Assembly: GCA_012295275.1 (NCBI GenBank)
Contig: CM022665.1
Coordinates: 34,782,001 to 34,846,000 of the forward strand
DNA length: 64,000 nt
From: Chrysomallon squamiferum
Taxonomy: Eukaryota; Animalia; Mollusca
Direction of reading: 5' to 3'
Both the position numbers and the translations under genes were made by a program. Positions 49,823-64,000 of the stretch are shown in pieces; position 1 is the stretch's first letter; the number at the start of each line of letters is the position of its first letter. Below the pieces are notes generated by a model. The model was not told where the DNA came from and did no database searches. It saw only the letters and a list, made by a program, of their open reading frames with translations.

Positions 49823-50663
49823 AAAATATTCGTCAAGAACAACAAACAAAAATAATAAAAAATGATAATGACGGTGTAAAGGTCATTAATAAGTTTTATT
49901 TATCTATTTATTGTGCGTGTTATTAGGTACATCCAGTGTTGTGATCTAAAAATTGCTTTTTATTTATTTTCAAATCTTTCTTTTTTTTAAATGTTATTAT
50001 TTTTGAATCTTGGAAAAGTTCTGTCTGTAGCAGAGCACCAGAAATGCACCTTAATAAAATATAAAACTGATATTTGGCCTCTAATTTTGTTTTTCTCTTT
50101 GAATTTTTAATTTTTAATTATATTATTTTATTTTATTATGTAAATGAAGTCTTGAACATATTATTTGAAACAAACATAAAGTGAATTTTGTCCTTTTAAA
50201 ACCGTTCTCGTAACCATACCTCTTTAGTCGTCGTTATCATCACCATTATTATTTCTCTTCTCCAACCAATGCTTTACACCCATTTAATCAAAGGCTAATT
50301 GCACATAAAAGATCCCTTGCTTCTAAACGAGAATGAATAGCTTAACAAGTAGCAGAAGTGAGTTTTACCTCTATTAACTATGTAAACTGTAGCTATATTT
50401 AGATGTAATAACGAAGATTAAATAACACATTGTTAAACAAAACTCCTTGTTCTCTTATTTCAGTCTGTAACTTGCCCTTACAACCAGGAGACTGTGGGCT
50501 GGAAATTCCACGCTGGTATTACGATAGTGAATCGGGGGAATGCAAAGAGTACATGTACTCAGGTTGCAAAGGCAATTCCAATAACTTCGACGACTATGCA
50601 GCCTGCGAACGTACCTGCATCACGAAAACCTTTAGAAGAGGATCATTTGATGGAGAACTCTAG
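49603..50663 (+). CDS. Secreted single-domain Kunitz/BPTI protein K1 (98 aa, P1 Gly)
   Basis: Signal exon 49603-49699 (MNFRLVFFIISVTLTAVIS...), phase-1 intron, exon 50464-50663 CNLPLQPGDCGLEIPRWYYD...CKEYMYSGCKGNSNNF...CERTC with 6 Cys. Confidence 0.88.
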
Positions 50664-50986
50664 TTAGCTTTATCAACTTGGGCTAACATCATGAGAAAAC
50701 TTCACGATTCTCTTGTACACTCTTCGTTTATCAAATATAATTATTTAAAAATAAATAACAATTAAAAAACATTCATCTGGGTAAGAAATTTTATTAACAT
50801 TTCATCGATCTGAACACATTGTGATAGTCACAAATACAGTAGAGGTAATAAGTAATACTCGTTCATTTAGATTGTTATAAATTAGAATTATTTCCAGTGT
50901 TCAGTAAAAATAAAACAACACTTAAAACTGATTCAAATACAAATTTTTATTCGCATCACTCTGTAGTTTTCTTATTATTATAGTCA

Positions 50987-51030
<44 letters not shown>

Positions 51031-51399
51031 GTTATTATTATTATTGTAGTTTCTTCCTTCAAAGTTTTTATTTATTTATTTGTTTGTTTGTTTGTTTGTT
51101 TGTTTTGTTTGTTTAAATATATTTTTTAATATATTCTGTTTAAGATATCACTTCCCAATATTCGATACTAGTTGTAAATTTTTAATTTAACAAAAAAAAA
51201 AAAAAAAAAAAAGTAAGAAAATCTATTCCATACTAACAGAAGAGAAAACGAATAAACCAAAGGACCGATTGATTTAACCTCGCAATACGTGACTTGCATC
51301 ACTGATTTCTTTACAGTGTTCTTATAGATTTCCTTTAGATACACTTACGCCATATTGATTTTAATATGTCAGCACAATAAAAACCGTAAATGATTTCTC

Positions 51400-53397
51400 T
51401 TAGTAAAGATATTTGCAAGAGAAAGGTACGATTATTGTTAAAAGCAGACCACTGTACATCTTTCTGATATTTGGTGATCCGACATTTCTACCGCCCCGTG
51501 GGTCGACATTTCTTGGTTTGCAGGCCGCCTCACACTCCTCCTTTGTTTTGAAGTTGTTGCTGTTGCCACCGCATCCCCCGTAGATAAATTTCTCACAGCT
51601 TTCGAGCTGAGTGTTCCAGCAGTAACTGGGTATATACCCCAAGCACCTCCCTGTGTCTGGTGGAGCGGAACATACTGCATAACCAAAACAAATTCGTTTC
51701 GTTATTTATTAATCATATTTCACCAGCTGGTACTGCTTACTGCTGTTAGAAATGTTACTACTATTACCATCTCTACTACTATTATTACTACAAATAATAA
51801 TAATAATAATAATAATAATGCCGATGATGATTATTATATTGGTCATGATATACAGCATTTAAAATTACTGACTTGAACATATTCGTATCAAAATGGATGT
51901 GTTTTTATAAATTAGTAGAATACCATTCAGTGTAATGTAATGAAATATGATATGGTATTATATTAATATAATAAAAAGATAAATCCATAAACATTGAAAC
52001 AATTAGATCTACGTTTTTCAGTTCTCTTTTTAAACAGAAATAACACAAACAACAAAGAATTTTAAATAAACAATCTGGATGACTTTTAATTCTCGATGAA
52101 AGATTTATAAAATCCAAGATTAACTTACTGTTTGTATTTCTTATTCTTCCATAGTTCACATGACTTACATCTTGGTTACTGTTTGCACGGGGTTTTCTGA
52201 TGCTTGCAGAAAACCGGAGCTTTTTGTCCTTTTGGATGCCATTGCATTTGGGGCTAAGATAGGAATTAACAAAGGACTGTTTTTCTGCTTTTACATTTAA
52301 TGGCTCGGGTTTTGGTTGATCTTTAAATGAGTCGTGCTCGACACGTCGATCTGAAGTTCTGTGATCAGCGTACGATTTGTCTGGCAAGTCCATGTCAATA
52401 TACGGTTCTACCGGATTTTTATCTTTTCGAGCTGTGTCTTTATGGTTGATATACAGCGTGGGTTTGTCAAAAACGTCCGGTAAACCTATGTCATTGTACG
52501 GTTTTTCTGGTTTTTTCTTTGGAAGTCTATCACTGATGTCAGGTGCACCCGATTAAGTAATCGGTTGATGCGAGTTTCCTTGTTTCTTCATTTTGGGATT
52601 GTTTAAGCCATATAAAGTGTCTGGTAAATCTGGTAAGCCAATGTCAGTGTGTGGTTTCTCTGGTCTATCAGCCTCTTTAATTCTAGGCTCGATGTCAGGG
52701 GTGGAATCGTCCAGAAGAACCGGTACATCGGCATCTTTGTGTGGTTTTTCTGGTTTCTTCGTTTCTGGAACGCTGTGAGACTTGGAATGGTCAGAGCCTA
52801 TCGGAAAACCTATGTCGATATACGGTTTTGCTTCGTCATTTTTCTTTGCTTGACATTTAGCAAGGCATTCTTCTTCTGACAGGAAGCGGTTATCATTACC
52901 AGCACATCCACCGTATATAAATATTTCACACTGTTCAGTAACCGGATCCCAGAAAAACACAGGAATATATGCTCGACACGGTCCACTAACAGGCTTTAAA
53001 GAACAAGCTGTTATAATTATATGATATTTTATATGGTAACATAAAATATTTTAAAATAACAATTTTTATATATATAAATATAAAATAAATAAATAAATAA
53101 TAATAATAATAATAAATGAAAAAAATTAAACAAAAATTATCATCAGCTATAAAAATAAAATAAAAATTAATATATATATTTTTTATTGTATTTTTTTTTT
53201 TTTTTACACAGATACACTTTATTTATTGAAAAGTAATAAGTGAAAATATTAAAAGGAAAGACTAATTAATAATAAAATAATAAATTACATAATTAACAAT
53301 ACTTACAGTCAGCCAATTGTCTGAACTGAACAACATTGTGCTGTTCACTTTTGTTTAATAATGCCATGAGAATTATTAAGCCAACGAATACACCCAT
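51400..53397 (-). CDS. Two-Kunitz-domain protein K2 with repetitive Pro/Asp/Lys linker and hydrophobic C-tail, interrupted by in-frame TAA at 52553-52555
   Basis: Exons 53307-53397 (signal MGVFVGLIILMALL), 52129-53007 (Kunitz 1 CSLKPVSGPCRAYIP..., P1 Arg, plus linker) and 51400-51674 (Kunitz 2 CSAPPDTGRCLGYIP..., P1 Leu). Introns are phase 1. Product is 181 aa if it stops at TAA, ~414 codons otherwise. Confidence 0.8.
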
Positions 53398-53642
53398 GTC
53401 GAATTACATTAACACCTGATCCTCTTTGTTAAAATTTCAGACGACTGAACTGCCTAACGAGTCATAAACAGGTAAGAATGAGAAAGCAGCGACAATAAAG
53501 TAATAAATATGTGTGAATACAGTTACACCCGTTATTAAGTTGACGTCTATAGTTAGAAACACCGTGCAGTAAATTTTAATATTCGCTTACTTCAAGATAA
53601 GACGATTTTAAACAATGTTTCATGAATCATAGGAAAGAGAGA

Positions 53643-54045
53643 GAATGAATAAATGATTTTTTAACGACAGCCCAGCACACACGCGCACGCACACACACAA
53701 ATAATAATATTAGTAATCATCGACTATTGGGTAGAAAAGAGAAAGACAGAGAGACAGACACACACATAAAGAATAAATGATTGTTTAACGATATCCAAGC
53801 ACAAAGTAATAATAATAATAATAATAGGTTATTACGTGAAAGAGAGAAAGAGACAGGCAGACAGAATGACAGACAAGAAAGATAGAGAAAAACAACACTA
53901 ACGAGATTTCAGGCTTATATATATATATATATATATATTTTAAACCCAGCGGATTTGCTTTCAGTATTTGTATGATCCTTAACAATATACATGACGCTGT
54001 ATAACAGTAAATTAAAAACGTGCGTCTTTAAAAGGTTTCTTCCTG
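53643..54045. repeat. Fragments of a dispersed SINE-like repeat family
   Basis: The motif gaatgaat...ttaa(c/t)gaca..cagcaca recurs at ~6710, ~53643 and ~53771. Related aaaagatc.cttgc pieces occur at ~44068 and ~50308. Confidence 0.4.
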
Positions 54046-55029
54046 TAACATAGTCACATCTAGATAACAAACAAGTTGACCTGATTATGAAGACATGTTA
54101 CTAACTGAAAGCCCGAAAATATTTTAAAATTTATTTATTTATTATTTTATTATTATTAATTAATTTTTTTTTTGGTCACTTCATGACAAATAAATCACAG
54201 AGGGAGGGGAATTTTTGTTTGCTTTTAAGCTTCTCTGTTTGATGACATGAGTTTTGAATTTTACGAACGAAATGGAGACCATCTTGGTAAATGGTTGTAA
54301 TTTTGGCTAGGGCATTTGTCTTTTTAGTGAACCGTGTTGAATATTTATGGATATTTCCATGCTTATATTATCATTTGAAGATTTTACATTGTTTGCTTAA
54401 GATAAAGGGTTATTAACTTTAACTTTTACTGAATACAAATAAAAATAACATTTTTTTTTTTTTTTTTTTTTTAAACGCAAAACAAACCCACACACAACAA
54501 ATATTTATCGTACTGTTGCTTTTAAATTTGCTTTTATATACCCGTTTGATTTTTACAAATAAATTTACATTCTTTCCTCAAACCTATTTCATTAACAAGA
54601 TTAATATTTCTGTAGATTTATATTTAAAAACAAATGTTTCCAACATCTTAAGTGTAAATTTAGAAATCAATAATTATTTTAAATTAAAATAGTTCACAAG
54701 AATACATATAAATGTAAAAATATAAAAATTTATAAAAATGGAGTTTTTAATCCAATAAATATTACTAAAAATATATGTGTTTACTGAGTGCTATGGTTTT
54801 ATCGCTTTTTATATATTTCAGCATTAAACAGACTCGACTTTTCTGGTATTCAGTGTAAGCATTTTAGCAATCTTTATTTCCATTGTTTAAAAATATTTAT
54901 GTTCTACACAGCTTCGTGTACTCGTAGAGGCATTTTTCTCAAACTGCTTCCGAAACCTTTAAAAAAACAGTAACATAACATATTTGTGCATTAAAACCAA
55001 GCATTTAACGTTTTGTATTCCAAGAGTTT

Positions 55030-55951
<922 letters not shown>

Positions 55952-56806
55952 TTTCTGAAGTACAAAACAATACATTATATATATGAGTATGTAAGTACAT
56001 ATAAGTAAAAAAGCAGCTTTATGTCTTTATTCAAGTTAATTAAATCTGCCTGCCACAATGAACTGTTTACCGATAATTAATACAAATATTTTCTGTCATA
56101 TTTCTTATTTCATAATTCTGATACATCAATGATTTCCAAGAAGCGTATTTCGATTATGAATGTAATAAATATTCAGTAAATAAGAAAAATAAATTTTGAT
56201 TGCATTAAATTGACAAATTATTTATTTTTGTAATAACAGAGGGAAAAAACAAAAAGAAAATCACGGCAATGTAAACAAAGTGTATTTGTTTAATCATCTT
56301 TTTTTTTTTTTTATCACTTTGCAAATTTATTTATTTATTTTATTTATTATTTTATTTTATTTTGTTTATTTGTTAGTTAATTTAACACGTGTTTTGTTTA
56401 TGACATCATACTACTTTTATGACGTAATATTCGTTTGTTAATAGCTAAGCTCTTCGATATATTATTTTATACAATTATTATTTTGTGCGAAAAAAAAAAT
56501 GTAATAAAAATATTTTCATACACTAGTTATTAAAAAGATCCACTAGTTTTAGTAACATGTAGACTTAAAAAAAAAAAAAAAAAAAAAAAGAAAAAGGTAA
56601 GCTTTGTTTTATTTTGCGTTTTCAAGCGATTGTATTTATTTATTTATTTATTTATTTATTGTGATTTAACACGAACATATAAAAATAAAATATGTATTGA
56701 CGGTACAAGTAATAATAATAATAACAAAAGAAATTAATAATAATATATGTAATAATGATAATAACAAAAAATAGCTGTAGCAATAACAACAATAATAGCA
56801 GCAATG

Positions 56807-56848
<42 letters not shown>

Positions 56849-56880
56849 GTAATATTTTTTTTTCTTTCTCAGGTACCACC

Positions 56881-57563
56881 ATGATAATCTTCCGTTGGTT
56901 TGTTGTGATGACAATTATTTTCCTATTACAAACATCTGGTGTCGATGCTGATCTTCCACAATGTAAATATATAATCTTTCCTTGATTTATAAAATCTTTA
57001 TAATAACACGAGATTGAATATTTTCTAGTGTCAAATTACAATTACAAAAAAATAATAATTTGAGTCTAATTGAGACATAATTGTAGGGATTAATTAGTTA
57101 CCGTCTTAAGATATCAGCTTTATCCTGCGAAGGTTAGAAAGCCATATTACAGCGAGGCTATGCCCAGCTGCATTCGACTTCCGACCCGAGCACGATAAAG
57201 ACAGTAATCTTTTCTTTCTTTTTCTGTTGTTTTTATCATGCAGTCAAAAATGATTGACACTACAGACAGAGTTTATGTGAAAGATTCTTTAAATAGAGGT
57301 ACAAAGGAACATCGTTCTGTATTTTTTTCTAATATTAATATCGGAACTGAAATAATTTCCAGGAATCAGTACTGTTTTCTGTTTCAGTCTGTATGTATTC
57401 AAAGGACCCTGGACCCTGCGGCGAACACATCCCCAGATACTATTATAACGCTGACCTAGAACGCTGCAAGCACTTTTACTGGGGAGGATGCGGAGGGAAT
57501 GACAACAAATTCCGAACAAAACGAAAGTGCAAGAACATGTGCTATGAGGATTATGGAATTTGA
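56881..57563 (+). CDS. Secreted single-domain Kunitz protein K4 (P1 Gly)
   Basis: Exon 56881-56962 (MIIFRWFVVMTIIFLLQTSGVDADLPQ). Exon 57388-57563 CMYSKDPGPCGEHIPRYYYNADLERCKHFYWGGCGGNDNKFRTKRKCKNMC. Confidence 0.9.
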
Positions 57564-58692
57564 AAAATAAAGTTCTTAATACATTGTTTTCAATAACAAT
57601 AATTATTAAAAAAATCCTAAAACTATTTATTAATAATTATGTTTTAAATTTTTGTTTCGTTGTTTCAACAGATATTGTGTGATTGCTGGAAGAATTTAAG
57701 AAATAATAAAACATAAATAATTATATGTATATTTTTTTGGCAATTATATTATTTTAAAACCATCTTATGTAATTTTCTTATAAGGATATAAAAATAAAAT
57801 TAGAGATTCTGTCTTATTATTTCTGTGTGTGTGTGTGTATGTGTGTATGTGAGAGAGAAAGAAAGAGAGAGAGAAATATATAAATTATTTCGACTTACCA
57901 TTTATAGTTTTGCTGGAAAGGGTTCCTTATTCATATTTTGAATTCAATATCGAAAGCCTTTGGTATGAATAGCTATTTCACTTTAATTATCAGTTGATGC
58001 AAATCATCATTAACTTTCTGGTTATTTATTTATTAATCTTGGAATGAAATAATTTAATTTAACTAAAATATTTTTTTACGATTAACCTACATTAATATAA
58101 AAATGATAAAAATAATCTAAGATCCGAAACGTTGATGTCCTTTTTCTTGAATTTAAAAACATAGACGGATTTATAGTTCCATTATCACATCTCGCTATTA
58201 TCTCTTTTTGATTCCATTGTGACGTCATAATTATTTGTCTGATGGCAACGAAGGTATTAAGAAAATATTTCTCCGAAATTTAATCAGCTTACAACAAACA
58301 AACAAACAAAAAAAAAACATGTATTTCTAGAAATTTATTATTAAAAGGATTATATATACATTTAACATTGAAATCGAAAAGGTAAAGTATCGTATTATAA
58401 CTATTATGATTCACCTCTAGTAAGAAAATAAATTTGGTCATGTAAAAGATACAAATACACGCAGACATATATTATTGCTATCTGTTATTTTTACAAATAA
58501 CAGTATTACTATCGCTACTGCTACTACTGGTATTGCTGTTATTGCTAAAATTACTACTATATCTGATGATGATGAAGATGACGAAGAGGAAGATGATGAT
58601 GATAAGGTTATAATGTTTTCTTAATAATTAATAACATAATGTTATCTAGAAAATTAAGTTGTTGTTATTGTTGTTTTTTCACAGTTATTATC

Positions 58693-58933
58693 ATGACGAT
58701 TGTCCAATGTTTTCTTGTTCTCATGATGTTTATTGGTCTGTTACCAAAATATGGTGTCGTTGGAGATCTTCCACAACGTAATCACATTTAAATAACTTCA
58801 ATGTTTTCTTTTATAAATATTATGTCAATTAAATGGCAATTTTCTAGATATTTAAGTAATAAATAAACAACTTCTAAACATTTTAGACTTTAAAAATATT
58901 TAATAGGTTTATTATCTATATTGTATTCTTAAA

Positions 58934-59003
<70 letters not shown>

Positions 59004-59250
59004 GTGTGTGACGCGTGTGCATGTAACTGACTCTGTTTAGTAATGATTATTTCTTTTTTTTGTATCCACTGTTACTCTTTCAGTTTGTCTATATTCAAGG
59101 GACGTAGGGCCATGCGAGGAGCAGATTTCGCGATATTACTACAACGCTGATCTAGGGAAGTGCAAACACTTTTATTGGGGTGGGTGCGGTGGAAACGCCA
59201 ATAGATTCTTCACAAAACGAAAGTGCAAGAACACATGTTATGAGGATTAA
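58693..59250 (+). CDS. Secreted single-domain Kunitz protein K5, tandem paralog of K4 (P1 Glu)
   Basis: Exon 58693-58777 (MTIVQCFLVLMMFIGLLPKYGVVGDLPQ). Exon 59084-59250 CLYSRDVGPCEEQISRYYYNADLGKCKHFYWGGCGGNANRFFTKRKCKNTC. Confidence 0.9.
58935..59001. repeat. (CT)n microsatellite in the K5 intron
   Basis: Direct inspection. Confidence 0.95.
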
Positions 59251-62200
59251 AGATCAGAGTTCTAAATGAAGAGTTCTAAACTGTGTAAATGAAGAACTTG
59301 CATAAAAATATCAAATTTGAAAAACACTCGGCATTAATTATTCTAAAAGACACTGAAAAAAAAATATTATAATAAATAATTAAACAGTCCTGTTGATGAT
59401 ATTATTAAGATCTATTTAATTTTCAAGTCAAACAAGAAGCAAATGAATTATTATTGAAATTAACACATTCAGCAGTATTATAAAAGTAACCACACACACA
59501 TAATATATACCCGTATGTAGCCTATTTATTTATATATGTATTAGCCACACATCAATCACTTATTAACTACCCACATATATAGATACTCTGATAAACACAC
59601 ACACACACTTAGAAATAGACACACACACACATATACAGATTTATACATATATACTAAAGCATATTCACACATATGGGGAGATACGTTTACATACATACAT
59701 ATGAATACACGCGTATACATATATATTAAAGTTTTATGGCCTGTTACTGATATTTACCAGGCACCAACCCTGTCTTCATACATACATATTCTACTTTTAT
59801 ATAATATAAAGACAGCTGTTTCGCTATTTATTTTATTCTATTATTTATTAAATGGTGAATTTATTTATGTATGGGAAGAGAAGGATGTGTGAATATGTGC
59901 TTGGGTCTTTTACATTTAATATTCAGCATTATTTTAGATTTTTTTCTTTCTTTTTTTATAAATTTTAATTAATTAATTTATTTATTTATGTATTATTATT
60001 ATTATTATTATTATGCAAACATTTCAGCCAAAACATCGGAGCGAGTCTGGACATTTTGAAATAAAACATTTGTATAGGTCCCACCCACACAGTGAAATAA
60101 ATAAAATAAAAAATTTTCAAAGTTTTATTTAAAAAAAAAAAAAAAAAAAAAAATTCATTTAAAGAAATATTTTAACTTCTTCATCTGTTTATTGTCGTCG
60201 ATTTGATGATTATTTAAACAAAATATCGTAACGTAACGGATCCCAAAATTAGCGAATCTTTGGTTTTGTTGTGGATCTATGTGACGTCATACCATTGTAA
60301 TTTGATAGTAAATTCAGTAAATATTAAGGTAGTTTTAGCTTAATGAGATAAATATTTAAGCATACTAGTTAGAACAATGTAGAAGTGTTTTATTCTAGAC
60401 TCTATCTTTTTTCCCCCCATCTAAATTCTAAAATAGGAAATTTTATCCAGTAGGTATGTCACAATCGACCGAAGTGCAGCGTTAAGCGATGGCCACGTCA
60501 GCGATCCGAGTACTGATTTGCAGATTAGAAGACATTGATGACACAGCCCACGTTTGTCTGGAGCCTCGTACTGGAATGTGTGTGTGTGTGTGTGTGGTTG
60601 TGTGTTTGTGTTTGGTGATTTTTTCGTGTATTTTAAACGAATTTAGATAATAAAATGCTGTTTTATCTTATTTGTTACTCTCGTTCTATTTAGTATATTC
60701 TGTGGGGGGTTTTGTGTTGTTGTTTCATTAGAGTTTTGTTGTTGTTGTTGTTGTTGTTGTTTTTGGTGCTTTTTATTACATAAAATATTAAAGTTTAAAT
60801 AAATAGCGTTTATATATTCATTTGTAAATTGGCATTGACCTTTTTTTTTAAATAAACTTTTTTTTTAAAATTAATATATTGATTTCTTATCTTTTTGTTT
60901 CTTTTTTCTTTCTTTCTTTAAATTAATATATTAAACACATATAATATAATAAATTGATAATGATATATTTGAGATATACATCGAGTTCTTTTAATTTTAT
61001 TCCTACATATTGTGTCAGATTTCTTTAAAAAAAAAAAAAAAGCTTTTTACCTTCACAACAGGGCACAGCGTGTCTTTTGTTGATTGATAACTACAACTCT
61101 GTTCATGAGGACCGTTGTCAAACAAACACAGAGACATGTACTGAAAATGATAAACCTATATCGAAAACACTTAAAGTATCTACATAGTGAAAATATTAAA
61201 AGGATGAATAATTTTATAATTAAGACTTTTAAGGGTATTAAGCAAAGTATTTTGGTTGACTTCAGATAACCTTTCAGTAGCTGATGTACTTACTAATACT
61301 GCTGTATATAAATAAGTTTCAGGATTTGCGGTAATGATTACCATGAAGTTCATTTCTATTTTATTTACTTATGATGATTCCATTGATATATAATAAATAT
61401 TAACACATCGGTAATTTGTATAAGCAAACGCGTTAAAGTCACTCAATATCAGCCTGGCTGGGTATGGACTTATTCACGGGCAAAGGTCTGAGTTTCCTTT
61501 GAAATAAAGAAAGTGACTCAGGAATTAAAACTACAAGAAATCATAGTCATGTCCATAAATTAGACGTTAATGCTCTAATATTTTATATTAGTGTTGTGAA
61601 TTCATATAGAGAACAAGAACCAAATGTTTTTTTTTGTTTTTGTTTTTTTAATATCGAAAATTGAGACATATTGGGTTGGCATGCTGGTCACATTCTTTCA
61701 GATCAAGAGAAACTTTCGATTTCTCCTGAATGGTGTTTATTAAAATCAAATACGTTTTACTATATCTGCAGTTTCTCACTGAATTTCTTTCTGTCTGCAG
61801 GGAATTTTAACCTTATTATTCACGTCTTGCCTCGGTGGGGGGAAGCGGGGAGAGAAAAACAATGTTTTATCATGTTTCTTTAGAAATTTGTCACTGAATT
61901 TGTTTTCTACTTGTAATAACATTTGAGAGGTACTTTTCTTTTTTCTAACCTTTTTATTTATTTATTTAATTGTTGTAGTTATTGTTATTGATATTGTTAT
62001 TATTTATTAATTATTGTTATTATTATTATTTATTTATTTATTTATTTATTCATTCATTTATTTATTTAGTTATTTATTATTATTATTATTTTTTAATTAA
62101 TGTACATTTCGGAACACTTTTTTATGTTTTCTTATTTATTTTATTATTATTGTTACTATTTGCAAAGGTTTCCTGTTAAAGTGTGTTATTTTCCTGGGCT

Positions 62201-62845
62201 TTTTGTTTGTTTGTTTGTGGTTTTTATTTAAATCGTATTAAAAACGTCATAACGTTCTTAGATTTCATCATAAAGGTATAGGTACAACAGTAAAGTTAAT
62301 TTCAAGATCTTTCCATTGATATCAACAAAATTTGAATCGCTTCACTTTATAATATTTTGTCCCATACCTATATACAGAATATATCATGGTAAAGTAGCTA
62401 TTTTATATATGACAAAGAACACAATTTTTATTTTTATTATTATTATTATTAAAGATTGATTTATCTTTAGCTTGAGAACACAGGATATTTTTATTCCATA
62501 GTGTTGATAAGTATTTCTTCATAAAAGTGCTTGTAAATATTATTTTACCTTCTCGAAGTAAAAACCAGGATTATTAAGAAATAAAGCTAACAATAGCTCT
62601 GTTTGCTTTTGTTTGGATTTTTTTCATTTGTTTTAGTTTTTGTTCTTTATTTTGTCAGTGAACTAGCAAGTCACAGTTTTTCAGATTTTAGTTTTTAATT
62701 TATTAGGATAAGTGTTTTCGCTTTTTTTTCAAAACACAAACCGTAACCGAAAAAATAAATAAATAAATATATAGTTAAATAAATTAATGAAATATCTATC
62801 TTGAATGTTATAATCGGTAGCTAACTGTTAAAAAATTTCTAATTA

Positions 62846-63030
62846 GGCTGCTTGGGTCATTGCCTGGATCTTACACTCGTTTCTTCTTAGATAATAAAAA
62901 ACGTGAGTGCACTGCTTTCAGGTATGGTGTTTGCGGTGGGAACACCAATAACTTACTGACAAAAAAAGGCTGTATGGATGTGTGTTTTTATCCAGCATCT
63001 CATCAATATCCACATCAAACTAAAGAATAA
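62846..63030 (+). pseudogene. Kunitz pseudogene K6
   Basis: PGSYTRFFLDNKKRECTAFRYGVCGGNTNNLLTKKGCMDVC keeps Cys3-6. The GHC (Cys2) segment is shifted by one base and Cys1 is missing. A possible broken signal exon lies at ~61334-61410. Confidence 0.7.
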
Positions 63031-63668
63031 GTATGACGATAGGTTGTTAAAAACAAGGACCAACGAACTGTACTTTCATGTAAGACAACTTCTGCTTGCT
63101 GTGTTTTAAAATTCGTATCTCGAAATAAAGATCATCGTTATTATTAATATTATAATATAAATTAATTTTAATTTCAGATGACAATTTTTTTTTTTTTTTA
63201 ATGTTTTAAAATGTTTATCTTAAAATAAAGATCGTTGTTGTTATTAATAATGTAATAAAATTAACTTTAATAATACATAACATACCTTCTGAATTTTAAA
63301 TTTTTTTAAATGACTATCTTTAAATGAGGATCGTTGTTGTTACTGAAACTGAAATAGTATTATAATTAAGATTAGTAATAAAAGTACAGCTGTAATTATA
63401 GTTGACGTACATGAAGTAGTAGTAGTAATAGTAACGGTCGCGGTAGTAATAGTGGTAGAAATATTTTATTTTGTCTTGGAAATTGTAACCACTGCAGTGA
63501 TGGAATCTCCTCTTTTCTTAAATATATTGTTCACCATTTAATATACATTCTGTACGAAATATATGGTTACTGAACGTTGAGACAAAATTACTTTTCTTAC
63601 TACAATATATTTTACTTTTAAACGGTATGTTTAAATTTTACAATCCGGTATTTTGTAAAAACATTAGT

Positions 63669-63847
63669 TCATCCTATGGCCTTCAGAGGGGAGCAAACCT
63701 TAATGCATTCTTCAAATGTTTTGAAATTATTTGAGTTACCATCGCAACCACCGTAGATAAACTGCTCGCATTTCATTAAATAGACATCCCAGTAGAACCT
63801 GCGAAACAAACCTTTGCATGGTCCTGAATCATGCTTTTGGCTGCATA
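63669..63847 (-). CDS. Terminal Kunitz exon of K7 (P1 Lys); upstream exons lie beyond the window
   Basis: Acceptor tttgcag at 63848. CSQKHDSGPCKGLFRRFYWD...CEQFIYGGCDGNSNNF...CIKVC followed by TGA. Confidence 0.88.
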
Positions 63848-64000
63848 CTGCAAAGACCAAATAAATAAATCAATAAAAATAATTAAGTAAACACATAAAT
63901 AAGCTATGTTATTTAAATCGGAAAACGATAATGCAAATACTACTACAACAACTACTACTACTAATAATAATAATAAAATAATAATAATTTGTTGTTTTTA

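Overview
AT-rich, intron-rich animal DNA. It is most likely a spiralian/mollusc, which I infer from gene structure, a spiralian-type TALE homeobox and mosaic CpG depletion. Contents from left to right: (1) the probable 5' end of an unidentified minus-strand gene (1-8.7 kb). (2) A complete 25-exon ERCC2/XPD gene on the minus strand (10655-33200, 760 aa, one GC-AG intron). Its ~10-kb intron 19 hosts an antisense, 4-coding-exon, ~485-aa divergent TALE homeobox gene (PYP loop, WFANKR; SPILE-like). That nested gene has its own TATA/CCAAT promoter and is bracketed by a 386-bp, ~99% identical direct repeat of its own 3' end. (3) A complete 20-exon PEX6 gene on the plus strand (33760-46990), head-to-head with XPD across 559 bp. 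(4) DNA-transposon relics: a piggyBac MITE, a Tigger-like element, a Sola1-like element and a MULE. (5) A cluster of at least seven Kunitz/BPTI loci (49.6-64 kb) with highly diversified P1 residues. It includes a pseudogene and a two-domain gene split by a single in-frame TAA. Exon structures were assembled by hand from splice signals and reading frame. No database search was run.
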